From the NCBI GenBank assembly GCA_038065355.1, contig JBBTRC010000007.1, positions 42,333 through 106,332 on the forward strand: a DNA stretch of 64,000 nucleotides. The letters run 5' to 3'. Source of the DNA: Patescibacteria group bacterium (GTDB taxonomy: Bacteria > Patescibacteriota > Minisyncoccia > Phycocordibacterales > UBA918). Position numbers and translations under genes: made by a program. Under the pieces are notes generated by a model. The model searched no databases. It was not told the DNA's origin and worked only from the letters and a program-made list of their open reading frames with translations. Shown piece after piece: positions 61,594-64,000 of the stretch. Position 1 is the stretch's first letter, and every line of letters starts with the position of its first letter.

Positions 61594-63005
61594 CATTCAG
61601 CTTTTGTCACTTTTGGGCCGTGGGGAGTGTCCTCAAGCTGGTAGCCCTTCAGCTTGATGGCATCGCGCAGAGTATCAGCTTCGATCCAGTTGCGGGCGAT
61701 GCGGGTGGCTTCGCGGCGGTCAACGAGCTCTTGTATATCGGCTGGCAGTTCATCTGCCGCGACTACGCCGAGTGAACGCCGGCCGTCTTCTTGGTTTTCA
61801 GATAATCCGATATCGAGCACGTCATCCATGGCCATGAGGGTGCCGCATTTTGTGTGGTTATCGAGAGTGTTGTCGCGGATCATTTCCCACATGCATGCAA
61901 TGGCGCCGGGAGTGTCAAGATCGTTTGCGAGCATAAGGTCAAATTTTTCGAGATAGCGGGGTTCGGGGGCGCTGGCTTTTTGTTTAAATTCTTCGTACAT
62001 GTAGCGCTTCAGGCGGTAGAGCGCCTGCTTCGCTCCTTGGAGCGCGTCCCAGGAGAAGTTGATAGGGGAGCGGTAGTGGGCGGTGAGGAGCCAGTAGCGG
62101 TAGTCGTCACCGGAGAATCCCCGGTCCATGAGGTGGCGCAAGGTAATGCCATTGCCGAGCGACTTGGCGATTTTGGCGTTGTCGATAGTGATGAAAGCAT
62201 TGTGGAGCCAATACTTGGCAAAGTGTTTTCCGGTAGCGGCTTCACTTTGTGCAATCTCGGCGTTGTGATGAACCGGAATATGGTCGATGCCTCCGGTGTG
62301 GATGTCGATCTCTTTACCGAGCGTAGCCATCGCCATCGCTGAACATTCAATGTGCCAGCCGGGGAAGCCTTTACCCCAGCGGCTGTCCCAGCCAAGCTCA
62401 CCCTTTTTCCAGACGGCAAAGTCAGCCGGATGCCGCTTTTCGCTGTTGACCTCAACGCGCGCGCCGCTTTTAAGTTTTTGTACGTCGATTTTGCCTAAGC
62501 GCCCGTAGGTCGGGAATTTGGAAATGTCGAAATAAACACCGTCTCCCGTTTCGTAAGTGAAGCCCTTCTCATCGAGGGTCTTTATAAGTGCGATCTGTTT
62601 TTTAACGTACTCGCTGGCTCTGGCCCAAGTGGTCGGCGGCAAGATACGCAGTGCCTCCATATCGGCGAAGAACGCCTGAATGTACGTGTCGGAAAGCTGG
62701 CGCATCGCTTCGAGCGAAACCGGCAGCCCTTCTCGCATGAGACCTTTCATCATTTTGTCTTCGCCGGCATCACCATCGTCGGTAAGGTGGCCAAAGTCGG
62801 TGAGGTTGATGGTGTGTTTTACCAGATATCCACTTCGTACTAGAACGCGCTTTAAGATGTCGGCAAATACATAGGAGCGCAAGTTGCCGATGTGCGCGTA
62901 GTCGTAGACGGTCGGGCCGCAGCTGTACATGGTCACCTGCGGGCTACGGAGCGGCGTAAATACTTCAAGCTTGCCCGTTTCGGTATTAAAGAGTCGTATG
63001 TCCAT
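61593..63005 (-). CDS. cysS: Cysteine--tRNA ligase
   Basis: Start MDIRLFNT. HIGH-like motif HIGNLRSY, zinc-binding Cys, KMSKS-like KIAKSLGN, anticodon-binding C-terminus. ORF maximum 63047. Confidence 0.9.
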   Translation of the reverse strand: MDIRLFNTETGKLEVFTPLRSPQVTMYSCGPTVYDYAHIGNLRSYVFADILKRVLVRSGYLVKHTINLTDFGHLTDDGDAGEDKMMKGLMREGLPVSLEAMRQLSDTYIQAFFADMEALRILPPTTWARASEYVKKQIALIKTLDEKGFTYETGDGVYFDISKFPTYGRLGKIDVQKLKSGARVEVNSEKRHPADFAVWKKGELGWDSRWGKGFPGWHIECSAMAMATLGKEIDIHTGGIDHIPVHHNAEIAQSEAATGKHFAKYWLHNAFITIDNAKIAKSLGNGITLRHLMDRGFSGDDYRYWLLTAHYRSPINFSWDALQGAKQALYRLKRYMYEEFKQKASAPEPRYLEKFDLMLANDLDTPGAIACMWEMIRDNTLDNHTKCGTLMAMDDVLDIGLSENQEDGRRSLGVVAADELPADIQELVDRREATRIARNWIEADTLRDAIKLKGYQLEDTPHGPKVTKAE

Positions 63006-63142
63006 GGCGACGGGAGGCGACGGTTTTTTGAAGAGATTTTGCAACATGGACTTCTAGTGTAGCAAATAACAGGCAAAACATCCTATCCCCCACTACAAAC
63101 ACCATTTTTTGGCGACTCTACGCCAGTGTGAGATAATGCCAC

Positions 63143-64000
63143 TATGTCGATTGAACATAATCCCAAAGAGAAAAAAAATAGTGCCATATTGGGGTATGGT
63201 TTGGCACTCGTTTTGGCCGCCGCCGCCTTCGTATCTGGTGTGCAGTTTGGCCAGCGCGAAATTCCTCTCAACGATCAGACGGCCGGTCTCTACAATTTAT
63301 TTTTTGGCCAAGAGGAGACGGTAGACCCATCAGACCGTCCAGACCTCTCCAAACTCTGGGAGGTGTGGGATTTGCTTGAAGAAAAATATGTGACGGCGAG
63401 TTCAACTGCCGGCGTTACAAAAGAGGAACGCATTGAGGGCGCTATCGAGGGTCTGGTTGACACCTACGGAGATCCCTATACGGTGTACTTACCTCCCGAG
63501 GAGGCGGCTCACTTCAATGAGGACATCTCCGGCAACTTCAGCGGTGTTGGTATGGAGGTGGGGCTACGCGACGGTCTTGTGACCATCATTGCGCCACTCC
63601 CAGAGACACCAGCCGCCAAGGCTGGCCTGCTCGCTGGCGACGTCATTGTCAAAATTGACGAGACTACCACCGAAGACATGCGCATTGACGAAGCGGTGCG
63701 GTTGATACGTGGAGAAAAGGGAACTGTTGTCATTTTGACCATTTTCCGCGAAGGCGAAGATGAATTTCTCACCATACCGGTGACCCGCGACACGATTGAA
63801 ATTCCCACCGTCAAAACCGAAAAAGTCGACGATACCTTTATCATCGCGCTCTACACTTTCAACGCCCTTTCTGAGCAAAAAATGAAAGATGCGCTTACCG
63901 ACTACCTACAAAGCGGCTCAACCAAACTCATTCTCGATCTGCGCGGTAACCCTGGCGGTTTTTTGCAAAGCGCCGTGGCTATCGGGAGCTATTTTCTGCC
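63143..64000 (+). CDS. S41 family C-terminal processing peptidase (Ctp/Prc-like), 5' partial running off the window end
   Basis: ATG at 63143, open to the window end (286 codons). N-terminal TM, PDZ domain (GMEVGLRDGLVTIIAPLPETPAAKAGLLAGDVIVKID), LDLRGNPGG motif. Not in the ORF track because no stop lies in the window. Confidence 0.8.

Noticed and set aside
1-64000. Search for rRNA genes, CRISPR arrays, transposases, integrases, phage structural genes
   Set aside because: No sequence-level evidence for any of these was seen. The only mobile-DNA-like signals are the tRNA-adjacent low-GC islet and the cysS fragment.

Overview
This is a gene-dense window (about 90% coding) from a bacterial chromosome of roughly 52-55% GC. 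The content is mostly housekeeping and points to a peptidoglycan-bearing but streamlined organism, with short genes, many small hypothetical ORFs, a reduced dcw cluster and minimal versions of several core proteins, possibly a Patescibacteria/CPR-like or otherwise reduced lineage. No taxonomy can be proven from sequence alone.

One long co-directional plus-strand array runs from ~15.0 to 37.7 kb: an MreB paralog; a large soluble VirD4/TraG/FtsK-like ATPase; two proline-rich disordered proteins; a minimal DNA polymerase III delta' (holB-like); frr, rseP, proS; mreB-mreC-mreD-mrdA; greA; lysS; then mraZ-rsmH-ftsL-ftsI-murF, a secreted acidic protein and bcp.

Elsewhere on both strands:
- def-fmt operon.
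- An orphan RpoD-like sigma region-4 protein.
- A PriA with degenerate ATPase motifs.
- An XRE-HTH::MurA fusion.
- An M20 peptidase.
- A secreted SBBP beta-propeller protein with two SH3b domains.
- A ClC channel.
- hpf.
- A low-GC islet of small ORFs abutting a tRNA-Glu(CUC).
- A GlcD-like FAD oxidase.
- Three independently terminated small ORFs, two of them paralogous.
- A Pif1/RecD-like helicase.
- A DUF45 hydrolase.
- An AlkA-like glycosylase.
- An exported MsrAB next to a thioredoxin-fused CcdA/DsbD-like membrane protein.
- truB, a YqeY-domain protein, a CPBP protease, rmuC, rplU, recR, dnaB.
- A diverged duplicate of the cysS 3' end beside a 21-bp perfect inverted repeat.
- An FAD oxidoreductase, an AroE-family dehydrogenase, cysS, and a partial S41 C-terminal processing peptidase running off the window end.

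No rRNA, CRISPR array, transposase or integrase was recognised. Coordinates refined by hand (starts, hairpins) are approximate to a few nucleotides.
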